From Escherichia coli (lineage in GTDB: Bacteria; Pseudomonadota; Gammaproteobacteria; Enterobacterales; Enterobacteriaceae): a stretch of DNA of 64,000 bases. The notes under the pieces are model-generated. The model had not been told where the DNA came from, ran no database searches, and saw only the letters and a list, made by a program, of their open reading frames with translations. Position numbers and translations under genes: made by a program. Below are positions 40,745 through 50,001 of this stretch, piece by piece (position 1 is the first letter of the stretch; the number at the start of each line of letters is the position of its first letter). The stretch lies in assembly GCF_024700885.2 (NCBI RefSeq), contig NZ_CP117016.1, one strand, 5' to 3'.

Positions 40745-41497
40745 TCAGCCCAGCCCCAGCCCGCGAATGCTGGTGGTGAGCGTACCGATTGTCAGCGACC
40801 AGCCGTCGATCAGCACAAACAGCATCAGTTTAAAGGGCAGCGAAACAATCAGCGGCGACAGCATCATCATCCCCATCGCCATCAATACGCTGGCGACAAT
40901 CAGGTCGATAACCAGAAACGGGATGTAAATCATAAAGCCAATCTGGAAGGCGGTTTTCAGCTCGCTCAACACATAGGCAGGCACCACGATGGAGAGATCC
41001 TGATCGGCGGCATTGCCCTTCGCGCCGCCGATGGTCATGATTTGCGCCATCGCTTTTTTGTCGGTCTGCGCCAGCATAAAGCGTTTGAGCGGCGTCGCGG
41101 CGGTGCTTAATGCATCGGTCAGGGTAATCTGATCGTTTTCGAACGGCACTACCGCGTGGTCGTAAATATTGAGCCAGATAGGGCGCATCACCAGCATAGT
41201 GAGTGAGAGCGCAATACCAATCAAAATGCGGTTTGGCGGCGTTTGTTGCAGCCCCAGCGCCTGGCGCAGCAGCGACAGCACGATAATAAAGCGCGTAAAG
41301 CAGGTCATCATCAGCACCATCGTCGGCAGCAAACCGACGAGGGTCATCAGAATCAGTACCTGAATTTTGACGCTGTACTCCTGAGTGTTGCCGTGGGTGA
41401 CCACGTTAAGCAGCGCAATATCGCCACCCTGGGCTAACGCCAGCGGCGCAAGCGCCAGCAGCCCAAGGCCCAGCGTCAGTTGAGTGCGGCGTTTCAT
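40745..41497 (-). CDS. lfiP: Flag-2 export protein, FliP homologue
   Basis: 250 aa; signal peptide and FliP-like membrane core. Confidence 0.8.
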   Translation of the reverse strand: MKRRTQLTLGLGLLALAPLALAQGGDIALLNVVTHGNTQEYSVKIQVLILMTLVGLLPTMVLMMTCFTRFIIVLSLLRQALGLQQTPPNRILIGIALSLTMLVMRPIWLNIYDHAVVPFENDQITLTDALSTAATPLKRFMLAQTDKKAMAQIMTIGGAKGNAADQDLSIVVPAYVLSELKTAFQIGFMIYIPFLVIDLIVASVLMAMGMMMLSPLIVSLPFKLMLFVLIDGWSLTIGTLTTSIRGLGLG

Positions 41498-41925
41498 GGT
41501 GCCAGGTCGTTGATATCGCGGGTGTTAAACTCCAGCACGCGCAGGCCGTACTTCTCGTTGACCACCACCACTTCTGCTTTGCCCAACAGGATATTGTTTA
41601 CTTTAATATCCAGCGGCTCCCCGGCGAGCTTATCCAGCTCAATCACCGTGTCGTCGTCGATGTTAAGGAGGTCGGCTAACATGATCTCTACTGATGACAC
41701 TTCCAGCGTTAAGGTCACCGGAATGCGTTTTAGCAGCGTCATCGAGTCGGAAAAACGGTCTTCCAGGCGGGTGACCAGCGTTTCAGCGTCGGCAGATTTC
41801 GCGACAGGCGCAACTTCATCGGTGAGGCCAAAATCCCCGGCTAAAATATCTTCTTGCTTACTCATGGCTATTCTCATTTTTGCCCGCCAGCTCCGACAAA
41901 AACAGTTTGTCTTTGTCTTCCACAA
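41494..41925 (-). CDS. lfiN: Flag-2 C-ring protein, FliN homologue
   Basis: 143 aa; SpoA-like C-terminus (IDDDTVIELDKLAGEPLDIKVNNILLGKAEVVVVNEKYGLRV). Confidence 0.7.
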   Translation of the reverse strand: MWKTKTNCFCRSWRAKMRIAMSKQEDILAGDFGLTDEVAPVAKSADAETLVTRLEDRFSDSMTLLKRIPVTLTLEVSSVEIMLADLLNIDDDTVIELDKLAGEPLDIKVNNILLGKAEVVVVNEKYGLRVLEFNTRDINDLAP

Positions 41926-42709
41926 TCAGGGCGCTAAATAATTCAGATTGCCCAATCGCCACCGGGAACGTTTCTCCCAGCGAGATGGGTAAAATATCCC
42001 CGGCTTTTATCTGCGTGAGATCCGCGACATTCAGCGACAGCTCGGCGATTTTGACGTTCAGGGTCAGCGGCAGAGAGCGGATAATCTCTTTAATCAGGGC
42101 CGGTTTATTAACGGATTTCGCCACCTGCTGCGGTTTACTGTGCTCGCTGTGGCGGATCAGATTCAAAATAAAATCGGTGTGGGCGTCGTCGAGCAAAATA
42201 CGAAAACTGCTCTCTTCATCGCCCGCAAGGGTAAAGGTTAATTGATACGCCCAGTGGGTAATCACCGTGCTGCTATCCAGCTTTAATTTCAGCGCAATAC
42301 CGGAGGTTTGCAGATTAAATATCAGCGTGCAGATATCCAGCGCGAGTCGGTTTTTTAAACGAGTTTCGGTTTTGGTCGGCAGCCCGTTATGCGCTTTCGC
42401 CTCTTCAAGAGAGGACTCCAGACCATAAAAATTGCCCAGCAGCATTAACAATAAGGAGCGATCAATATCAAACGCCAGATGCCCGACCTGGGAAACCATC
42501 AGTTCGGCGTTTTTATTAATAATATCCATTTCGCAGCCAATCTTTTTTAAGGTGATATTGCTGCGATGCTTTTTGAGAAAGTAGCTGCCCAGATGCGAAT
42601 CAATCACGTCAAAATTCCCCGTAAACAGGGTCGGCAGGCGATGGTAGGGGCGTCCGAGCCGATTACCTTCTAATTTAAAGATGCCTGGCGTTTTACTGTA
42701 CTTCAGCAT
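41858..42709 (-). CDS. lfiM: Flag-2 C-ring protein, FliM homologue
   Basis: 283 aa; position upstream of the FliN homologue; C-terminal FliN-like segment. Confidence 0.65.
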   Translation of the reverse strand: MLKYSKTPGIFKLEGNRLGRPYHRLPTLFTGNFDVIDSHLGSYFLKKHRSNITLKKIGCEMDIINKNAELMVSQVGHLAFDIDRSLLLMLLGNFYGLESSLEEAKAHNGLPTKTETRLKNRLALDICTLIFNLQTSGIALKLKLDSSTVITHWAYQLTFTLAGDEESSFRILLDDAHTDFILNLIRHSEHSKPQQVAKSVNKPALIKEIIRSLPLTLNVKIAELSLNVADLTQIKAGDILPISLGETFPVAIGQSELFSALIVEDKDKLFLSELAGKNENSHE

Positions 42710-42887
42710 GGCTTACTTTCTCTGCTGTAATGGTATGGGTGTTTCTGTGCACGCAAATCCGGCTGTGACACAAGGTGAGGTATTAAATAGAGGGGGAGTG
42801 AAAGGGGCAAATTATTAATAGGATGAAAAAATAATTAATCGATTAATTGCTTAATGGGAGTGATTTTCGCCAATCAGTCTGCGGTCT

Positions 42888-42930
42888 GTCCCCTCGCCCC
42901 ATCCGGGGAGAGGGTTAGGGTGAGGGGGCA
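42888..42930. repeat. GC-rich palindromic intergenic element in the lfiM-lafK gap
   Basis: gtcccctcgcccc atcc ggggagagggttagggtgaggggg; same motif family as 33046-33090. Confidence 0.35.
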
Positions 42931-43081
42931 TCACAGATGTCCAAATTAACAGTATTAATATCTAACTAATTGTTTACCATCAAATAATATTTTTATTATC
43001 GTTTAATTCGAACTTGTTAATCCCGCCGGTGATACGCTTCAGAACATCCTGTTTTCTGTCGCTACTTATATCGTTCACCCT

Positions 43082-43349
43082 ATGTCTGAACTTATTGCAA
43101 CTGCCGCTTCCAGCATTAACGCTTTTACTCTGGCAAAGCGTGTCGCCGCATTTAACGTGCCGGTGCTCATTCAGGGCGAAACCGGCGCGGGCAAAGAATG
43201 CGTGGCAAAATATATTCACACCGTCGCCTTTGGTGAAAATGATAACGCGCCCTATATCGGCGTGAACTGCGCGGCGATCCCGGAAAACATGCTGGAAGCT
43301 ACATTATTTGGCTACGACAAAGGCGCATTTACCGGCGCAATTGCCAGCG
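43082..43349 (+). pseudogene. lafK: 5' fragment of a sigma-54-dependent activator (LafK-like) truncated by IS1
   Basis: AAA+ sigma-54 activator motifs (VLIQGETGAGKECVAKYIH...NCAAIPENMLEATLFGYDKGAFTGA); the reading frame runs into the IS1 inverted repeat and terminates. Confidence 0.7.
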
Positions 43350-44117
43350 GGTGATGCTGCCAACTTACTGATTTAGTGTATGATGGTGTTTTTGAGGTGC
43401 TCCAGTGGCTTCTGTTTCTATCAGCTGTCCCTCCTGTTCAGCTACTGACGGGGTGGTGCGTAACGGCAAAAGCACCGCCGGACATCAGCGCTATCTCTGC
43501 TCTCACTGCCGTAAAACATGGCAACTGCAGTTCACTTACACCGCTTCTCAACCCGGTACGCACCAGAAAATCATTGATATGGCCATGAATGGCGTTGGAT
43601 GCCGGGCAACCGCCCGCATTATGGGCGTTGGCCTCAACACGATTTTCCGCCATTTAAAAAACTCAGGCCGCAGTCGGTAACCTCGCGCATACAGCCGGGC
43701 AGTGACGTCATCGTCTGCGCGGAAATGGACGAACAGTGGGGATACGTCGGGGCTAAATCGCGCCAGCGCTGGCTGTTTTACGCGTATGACAGGCTCCGGA
43801 AGACGGTTGTTGCGCACGTATTCGGTGAACGCACTATGGCGACGCTGGGGCGTCTTATGAGCCTGCTGTCACCCTTTGACGTGGTGATATGGATGACGGA
43901 TGGCTGGCCGCTGTATGAATCCCGCCTGAAGGGAAAGCTGCACGTAATCAGCAAGCGATATACGCAGCGAATTGAGCGGCATAACCTGAATCTGAGGCAG
44001 CACCTGGCACGGCTGGGACGGAAGTCGCTGTCGTTCTCAAAATCGGTGGAGCTGCATGACAAAGTCATCGGGCATTATCTGAACATAAAACACTATCAAT
44101 AAGTTGGAGTCATTACC
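43350..44117 (+). mobile_element. insAB: IS1 insertion sequence (768 bp) encoding InsA and InsB
   Basis: Terminal inverted repeats ggtgatgctgccaacttactgat (left) and atcaataagttggagtcattacc (right); InsA ORF 43405..43680, InsB ORF 43599..44102. Flanking 9-mers differ (ttgccagcg vs ggaatgcct). Confidence 0.9.
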
Positions 44118-44118
44118 G

Positions 44119-44274
44119 GAATGCCTGACGGAAATGAAATTTGAAGATTTGCGCGGCATGAAAATATCCGCCATCCGCAAACTGATTTCTGATGCGCTAA
44201 AGAAAGATCTTCAGCGTCGCAAAATGAGCGCACCGTATAAGGATTTGCTGGTGAAAAAAGTGGTCTTCCAGTAA
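44119..44274 (+). pseudogene. 3' remnant of a Flag-2 gene, possibly the FliL-like lafF
   Basis: Open frame from the IS1 boundary encoding ...ISAIRKLISDALKKDLQRRKMSAPYKDLLVKKVVFQ stop; no start codon; sits directly upstream of lafS. Confidence 0.4.
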
Positions 44275-44293
44275 TCACCAGGCGGATATAAAC

Positions 44294-45010
44294 ATGCTAC
44301 AGGACGTATTCGAGTCAGAAGAATTTGCTGCCGCGCCGGTATTAACCCCGCAGCAGGAGAGCCACTACTTGCAGGCCTATTTACCGTTGGTGCGTAAAGT
44401 GGTGCGGCAACTTGCCCCGCAGTGTAATTGCATTATTGATCGTCAGGATATGGAACAAATGGCGTTAATGGGGCTGCTTAATGCCATTCGTCGCTACGGG
44501 CTGCCGGACGAAGGTTTTGCGGGCTATGCCGTGCACCGTATTCGCGGCGCGATCCTGGATGAGCTGCGCGCTCTCGACTGGCGACCGCGCCAGCTGCGAC
44601 AGAAATATCATCAGATGAAAGATCTGATACGCGAAACGCGTAAAAAACTGGGGCACGAACCGGAGTGGTCAGAACTGGCCGTGGAAGGGATTTCGCATGA
44701 AGATTATATCGAATATCAGCAACTGGAAGGGGCGGAAACGCTCGCCAGCCTTGACGAACTGCTGAACGGCGAAGGGCCAGGCATTCCACTTGTTGGCAGG
44801 GAACTGGAAGATCAGTTTGTCACCCAGCAAATGCTGCAATACGCGCTTTCACTATTAAGCGAAAAAGAGCAACTGATCCTCTCCATGTATTACCAGCATG
44901 AGATGAATCTCAAAGAGATTGCGCTGGTATTAGGGCTAACCGAGGCCCGAATTTGTCAACTGAATAAACAGATCGCGCAGAAAATTCGTGATTTTGTCTA
45001 TCCGAATTAA
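44294..45010 (+). CDS. lafS: Flag-2 sigma-28-type sigma factor (FliA homologue)
   Basis: 238 aa; sigma-70 family regions 2 and 4 (HRIRGAILDELRALDW; NLKEIALVLGLTEARICQL). Confidence 0.8.
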   Translation: MLQDVFESEEFAAAPVLTPQQESHYLQAYLPLVRKVVRQLAPQCNCIIDRQDMEQMALMGLLNAIRRYGLPDEGFAGYAVHRIRGAILDELRALDWRPRQLRQKYHQMKDLIRETRKKLGHEPEWSELAVEGISHEDYIEYQQLEGAETLASLDELLNGEGPGIPLVGRELEDQFVTQQMLQYALSLLSEKEQLILSMYYQHEMNLKEIALVLGLTEARICQLNKQIAQKIRDFVYPN

Positions 45011-45022
45011 AGTGAAGAAATC

Positions 45023-45886
45023 ATGCAAAAAATATTAGGTTTACTGGTGGTGCTCGGCTGCGTATTTGGCGGTTATTTTGAAGCGGGCGGGCAACTAGTG
45101 GCTATCTGGCAACCGGCGGAGATGATCATTATTTTGGGTGCCGGTTTCGGGGCGATGATTATTGGTAATCCGAAACATGTGCTGAAAGAGATTGCTCATC
45201 AAATTAAAGGCGTGATCAGTAAAAAACAGCTCGGGCCGGAGTTTCAGCGTCAGCTATTAATGTGCCTGTATGAGTTGCTCGAAATGGTACAAAACGGCGG
45301 CCTGCGCATGTTGGATCAGCATATTGAGCAGCCGGAAGAGAGCACCGTTTTCCAGAAATACCCGCTGGTGTTAACCCAGAAGCGGCTGGTGACCTTTATT
45401 GCCGATAACTTTCGCCTGATGGCGATGGGCAAAATCGACGCCCACGAACTGGAAGGCATTCTCGATCAGGAGCTGGATACCGCCGAAGAGTCGCTGCTCA
45501 CGCCGTCGCGCTCGCTGCAACGTACCGCCGAAGCGATGCCGGGATTTGGTATTTGCGCGGCGGTGCTGGGCATCATCATCACCATGCAGTCGATTGATGG
45601 ATCTATCGCCCTGATTGGCCTGAAAGTGGCGGCGGCTCTGGTGGGGACGTTTTTAGGCGTCTTTATCTGCTACTGCCTGATGGACCCGCTTGCCAACGCC
45701 ATGGAACAACAGGCGCGGGCGGAACATTCTTTGCTGGAATGTGTGCGTACCGTGCTGGTGGCGCAGGCGGGCGGTAAACCGACGCTGCTGGCGGTAGACG
45801 CCGGGCGTAAGCTGCTGCATCTAGCGTCCAAACCGACCTTCGCCAACCTCGACGCGTGGGTGAATGCGATGCTGGAGCAAGAATAA
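45023..45886 (+). CDS. lafT: Flag-2 stator protein, MotA homologue
   Basis: 287 aa; four-TM MotA-like architecture. Confidence 0.85.
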   Translation: MQKILGLLVVLGCVFGGYFEAGGQLVAIWQPAEMIIILGAGFGAMIIGNPKHVLKEIAHQIKGVISKKQLGPEFQRQLLMCLYELLEMVQNGGLRMLDQHIEQPEESTVFQKYPLVLTQKRLVTFIADNFRLMAMGKIDAHELEGILDQELDTAEESLLTPSRSLQRTAEAMPGFGICAAVLGIIITMQSIDGSIALIGLKVAAALVGTFLGVFICYCLMDPLANAMEQQARAEHSLLECVRTVLVAQAGGKPTLLAVDAGRKLLHLASKPTFANLDAWVNAMLEQE

Positions 45887-45888
45887 GC

Positions 45889-46812
45889 ATGAGAAAGACG
45901 GGCAACCGCCGCGAGCGTGGGGCAAAAACCACCATCGTCCGGCGGCAGATCAAAAAGAATCATGCCGGGCATCACGGCGGGGCGTGGAAGGTGGCGTTCG
46001 CCGACTTTACTTTGGCAATGATGGCGCTATTTATGACGCTGTGGATTGTCAACAGCGTCAGTAAATCCGAGCGTGAAAGCATTATCGCCGCGCTGCACGG
46101 GCAGTCGATTTTCAATGGCGGCGGGTTGTCGCCGTTAAATAAAATCAGCCCGTCTCATCCGCCAAAACCTGCCACCGTGGCGGTGCCGGAAGAGACGGAG
46201 AAAAAAGCGCGTGACGTCAATGAGAAAACGGCGCTGCTGAAGAAGAAATCAGCCACTGAGCTTGGCGAGCTGGCGACCAGTATCAACACCATTGCCCGTG
46301 ATGCACATATGGAAGCGAATCTGGAGATGGAGATTGTTCCCCAGGGACTGCGCGTGCTGATTAAAGATGACCAGAACCGCAATATGTTTGAACGCGGCAG
46401 CGCACAGATTATGCCGTTCTTTAAAACTTTGCTGGTGGAGCTCGCGCCAGTGTTCGACTCGCTCGATAACAAAATTATTATTACCGGGCATACCGATGCG
46501 ATGGCCTACAAAAACAATATCTACAACAACTGGAACCTTTCGGGCGATCGCGCGCTTTCGGCTCGTCGGGTGCTGGAAGAGGCCGGAATGCCGGAAGATA
46601 AAGTGATGCAGGTGAGCGCGATGGCGGACCAGATGCTGCTGGACGCGAAAAATCCGCAAAGCGCGGGCAACCGACGCATTGAGATTATGGTGCTGACCAA
46701 AAGTGCGTCCGATACGCTGTATCAATACTTTGGTCAGCATGGGGATAAAGTGGTGCAGCCGCTGGTGCAAAAGCTGGATAAGCAGCAGGTGCATTCGCAG
46801 CGAACGCGCTAG
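45889..46812 (+). CDS. lafU: Flag-2 stator protein, MotB homologue
   Basis: Likely start at MRKTGNRRERG (45889; track ORF begins 45856); single TM helix and OmpA-like C-terminal domain (NWNLSGDRALSARRVLEEAG). Confidence 0.85.
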   Translation: MRKTGNRRERGAKTTIVRRQIKKNHAGHHGGAWKVAFADFTLAMMALFMTLWIVNSVSKSERESIIAALHGQSIFNGGGLSPLNKISPSHPPKPATVAVPEETEKKARDVNEKTALLKKKSATELGELATSINTIARDAHMEANLEMEIVPQGLRVLIKDDQNRNMFERGSAQIMPFFKTLLVELAPVFDSLDNKIIITGHTDAMAYKNNIYNNWNLSGDRALSARRVLEEAGMPEDKVMQVSAMADQMLLDAKNPQSAGNRRIEIMVLTKSASDTLYQYFGQHGDKVVQPLVQKLDKQQVHSQRTR

Positions 46813-46850
46813 ATGCTGAATCTTTACGCATTTCTCAAACCCTGAAATCA

Positions 46851-46866
46851 CTGTATACTTTACCAG
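46851..46866 (+). promoter_or_regulatory. LexA (SOS) box upstream of dinB
   Basis: CTGTATACTTTACCAG matches the CTGT-N8-ACAG consensus, 17 nt upstream of the dinB start. Confidence 0.7.
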
Positions 46867-46882
46867 TGTTGAGAGGTGAGCA

Positions 46883-47938
46883 ATGCGTAAAATCATTCAT
46901 GTGGATATGGACTGCTTTTTCGCAGCGGTGGAGATGCGCGACAATCCCGCCCTGCGCGATATCCCTATTGCTATTGGCGGCAGCCGCGAACGTCGGGGGG
47001 TGATCAGCACCGCCAATTATCCCGCGCGTAAATTTGGCGTACGTAGCGCTATGCCGACAGGGATGGCGCTCAAATTATGCCCACATCTCACCTTGCTTCC
47101 GGGGCGCTTTGACGCCTACAAAGAAGCCTCAAATCATATCCGTGAAATCTTCTCGCGCTACACCTCGCGTATTGAACCGTTGTCACTGGATGAAGCCTAT
47201 CTCGATGTCACTGATAGCGTCCATTGCCACGGTTCTGCGACCCTCATCGCCCAGGAAATCCGCCAGACGATTTTCAGCGAGCTGCAACTGACGGCGTCTG
47301 CGGGCGTGGCACCAGTAAAGTTTCTCGCCAAAATCGCCTCCGACATGAATAAACCCAACGGCCAGTTTGTGATTACGCCGGCAGAAGTTCCGGCATTTTT
47401 ACAAACCTTACCACTGGCAAAAATCCCCGGCGTCGGCAAAGTCTCGGCGGCAAAACTGGAAGCGATGGGGCTGCGGACCTGCGGTGATGTACAAAAGTGT
47501 GATCTGGTGATGCTGCTTAAACGCTTTGGCAAATTTGGCCGCATTTTGTGGGAGCGTAGTCAGGGGATTGACGAACGCGATGTTAACAGCGAACGGTTGC
47601 GAAAATCCGTCGGCGTGGAACGCACGATGGCGGAAGATATTCATCACTGGTCTGAATGTGAAGCGATTATCGAGCGGCTGTATCCGGAACTTGAACGCCG
47701 TCTGGCAAAGGTGAAACCTGATTTACTGATTGCTCGCCAGGGGGTGAAATTAAAGTTTGATGATTTTCAGCAAACCACTCAGGAGCACGTCTGGCCGCGG
47801 CTGAATAAAGCTGATCTAATCGCCACCGCGCGTAAAACCTGGGATGAACGCCGCGGCGGGCGCGGTGTGCGACTGGTGGGGCTGCATGTGACGTTGCTTG
47901 ACCCTCAAATGGAAAGACAACTGGTGCTGGGATTATGA
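46883..47938 (+). CDS. dinB: DNA polymerase IV (Y-family)
   Basis: 351 aa; [33 protein letters not shown]. Confidence 0.95.
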   Translation: MRKIIHVDMDCFFAAVEMRDNPALRDIPIAIGGSRERRGVISTANYPARKFGVRSAMPTGMALKLCPHLTLLPGRFDAYKEASNHIREIFSRYTSRIEPLSLDEAYLDVTDSVHCHGSATLIAQEIRQTIFSELQLTASAGVAPVKFLAKIASDMNKPNGQFVITPAEVPAFLQTLPLAKIPGVGKVSAAKLEAMGLRTCGDVQKCDLVMLLKRFGKFGRILWERSQGIDERDVNSERLRKSVGVERTMAEDIHHWSECEAIIERLYPELERRLAKVKPDLLIARQGVKLKFDDFQQTTQEHVWPRLNKADLIATARKTWDERRGGRGVRLVGLHVTLLDPQMERQLVLGL

Positions 47939-47989
47939 TGTATACTATTATGTCTATTCTGGTGTGCATTATTATGAGGGGATCACTGT

Positions 47990-48283
47990 ATGCATCGAAT
48001 TCTCGCTGAAAAATCGGTCAATATCACTGAGTTACGTAAAAACCCAGCTAAATACTTTATTGATCAACCGGTTGCGGTTCTTTCTAATAATCGCCCCGCA
48101 GGATATCTCTTAAGTGCCAGCGCATTCGAAGCGTTAATGGACATGCTTGCTGAACAAGAGGAGAAAAAACTGGTTAAGGCGCGCTTCCGTCCGAGTGCCG
48201 CAAGATTAGAGGAAATTACACGCCGCGCTGAACAATATCTTAATGATATGACGGATGATGATTTCAATGACTTTAAGGAATAA
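47990..48283 (+). CDS. yafN: Antitoxin YafN (Phd/YefM family)
   Basis: 97 aa; position and sequence match yafN in the dinB operon. Confidence 0.85.
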   Translation: MHRILAEKSVNITELRKNPAKYFIDQPVAVLSNNRPAGYLLSASAFEALMDMLAEQEEKKLVKARFRPSAARLEEITRRAEQYLNDMTDDDFNDFKE

Positions 48284-48285
48284 GG

Positions 48286-48684
48286 ATGCGGGTATTCAAA
48301 ACAAAACTTATTTGCCTGCAACTTACAGCAGAGGAACTTGATGCGTTAACGGCGGATTTTATTTCCTATAAGCGTGACGGTGTTTTGCCAGATATATTTG
48401 GTCGCGATGCACTCTACGACGACTCGTTTACCTGGCCATTAATCAAATTTGAGCGAGTTGCTCATATTCATCTGGCAAATGTGAATAATCCATTTCCGCC
48501 ACAGTTGCGCCAATTCAGCAGAACGAATGACGAAGCGCATTTGGTATATTGTCAGGGTGCGTTTGATGAGCAAGCATGGTTGCTCATTGCCATTCTGAAA
48601 CCTGAACCTCATAAACTGGCTCGAGATAACAACCAAATGCATAAAATTGGGAAAATGGCAGAAGCGTTTCGCATGCGTTTTTGA
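48286..48684 (+). CDS. yafO: Ribosome-dependent mRNA interferase toxin YafO
   Basis: 132 aa, 2 nt after the yafN stop. Confidence 0.85.
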   Translation: MRVFKTKLICLQLTAEELDALTADFISYKRDGVLPDIFGRDALYDDSFTWPLIKFERVAHIHLANVNNPFPPQLRQFSRTNDEAHLVYCQGAFDEQAWLLIAILKPEPHKLARDNNQMHKIGKMAEAFRMRF

Positions 48685-48693
48685 ATTTATATT

Positions 48694-49146
48694 ATGAATA
48701 ACATACAAATAAGAAACTATCAGCCTGGCGATTTTCAGCAACTATGCGCTATTTTCCTTAGAGCGGTTACGATGACCGCCAGTCAGCATTATTCACCACA
48801 ACAAATTGCCGCCTGGGCGCAGATTGACGAATCTCGCTGGAAGGAGAAACTCGCGAAATCACAAGTATGGGTTGCGATCATTAATGCACAACCGGTTGGT
48901 TTTATTTCCCGCATTGAACACTATATCGATATGTTATTTGTTGACCCTGAATACACCCGCCGTGGGGTTGCCAGCGCTTTGTTAAAACCTTTGATTAAGT
49001 CTGAATCCGAACTTACGGTGGACGCAAGCATAACCGCAAAACCCTTTTTTGAACGTTATGGTTTTCAGACAGTTAAGCAGCAGCGCGTTGAATGCAGGGG
49101 AGCGTGGTTTACTAATTTTTCTATGCGATATAAACCGCAACATTAA
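48694..49146 (+). CDS. yafP: GNAT-family acetyltransferase YafP
   Basis: 150 aa; GNAT motif (RRGVASALLK). Confidence 0.8.
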   Translation: MNNIQIRNYQPGDFQQLCAIFLRAVTMTASQHYSPQQIAAWAQIDESRWKEKLAKSQVWVAIINAQPVGFISRIEHYIDMLFVDPEYTRRGVASALLKPLIKSESELTVDASITAKPFFERYGFQTVKQQRVECRGAWFTNFSMRYKPQH

Positions 49147-49378
49147 ATTCAGCTTGCAATGAAAATAACACCCGCCTGGTATGTGCGCGTTTTCTTATTC
49201 CACAAACTGCAAGGAGGTAAATCATGACAAATCCTTTATCAATGACTCTTTGCAGACCTTTCCAGGATTAATTCTTTTTTCTTGCCCTGGATTCGTCTGC
49301 CATTTCCTGATTTTTATATTTATATACTCTAAATAATTCGAGTCGCAGTACATGCAACTTGAAGTATGACGAGTATAA

Positions 49379-49945
49379 ATGGGATGGTACATGGGCAAAT
49401 CTATTCGTCCCTTATCCGATGCGGTATTTACCATCGCATCTGATGGCCTGTGGATCGAGAGTTTAGCGATCCAACAATTACACACCACGGCAAATTTACC
49501 CAACATGCAGCGCGTAGTAGGGATGCCAGATTTACACCCCGGACGCGGCTACCCGATTGGCGCAGCGTTCTTCTCCGCAGGCCGTTTTTACCCGGCAAGA
49601 CGTCGCGGTAACGGTGCTGGAAACAGAAACGGGCCGCTACTCTGACACGCTGCGTTCGGCGCTGATTTCTCTGGATGGCGATAACGCATGGGCATTAAGC
49701 GAAAGTTGGTGCGGCACTATTCAGTGGATTTGTCCGAGTCCGTATCGGCCTCATCATGGGCGCAAAAACTGGTTTCTGGGCATGCTAACAAGCGGCTGGC
49801 GCGATTGCTGATTGCCTGGAAGCTGGAACAACAGCAACAGGAAAATAGCGCGGCGCTGAAATCGCAGTGGCGAATGTTCCATCATCAAATTGAACGTGGC
49901 AACCCGCGACGGACATTTACAGGGATGGCTTTTATCGAAGGATAA
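49379..49945 (+). pseudogene. Remnants of an RtcB-like gene (ykfJ) and a release-factor homologue (prfH)
   Basis: Short ORFs 49379..49645 ([17 protein letters not shown], RtcB-like) and 49688..49945 (release-factor-like C-terminus) in different frames; neither full length. Confidence 0.55.
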
Positions 49946-50001
49946 TGAAGGATGAAACTGCCGGAAGGCGATTAAACGCCATCCGGCAGCAAATCAAATA
50001 A

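Noticed and set aside
43014-43265. Plus-strand 83-aa ORF overlapping the lafK fragment in another frame
   Set aside because: The overlapping frame encodes clear sigma-54 activator AAA+ motifs; this one does not.
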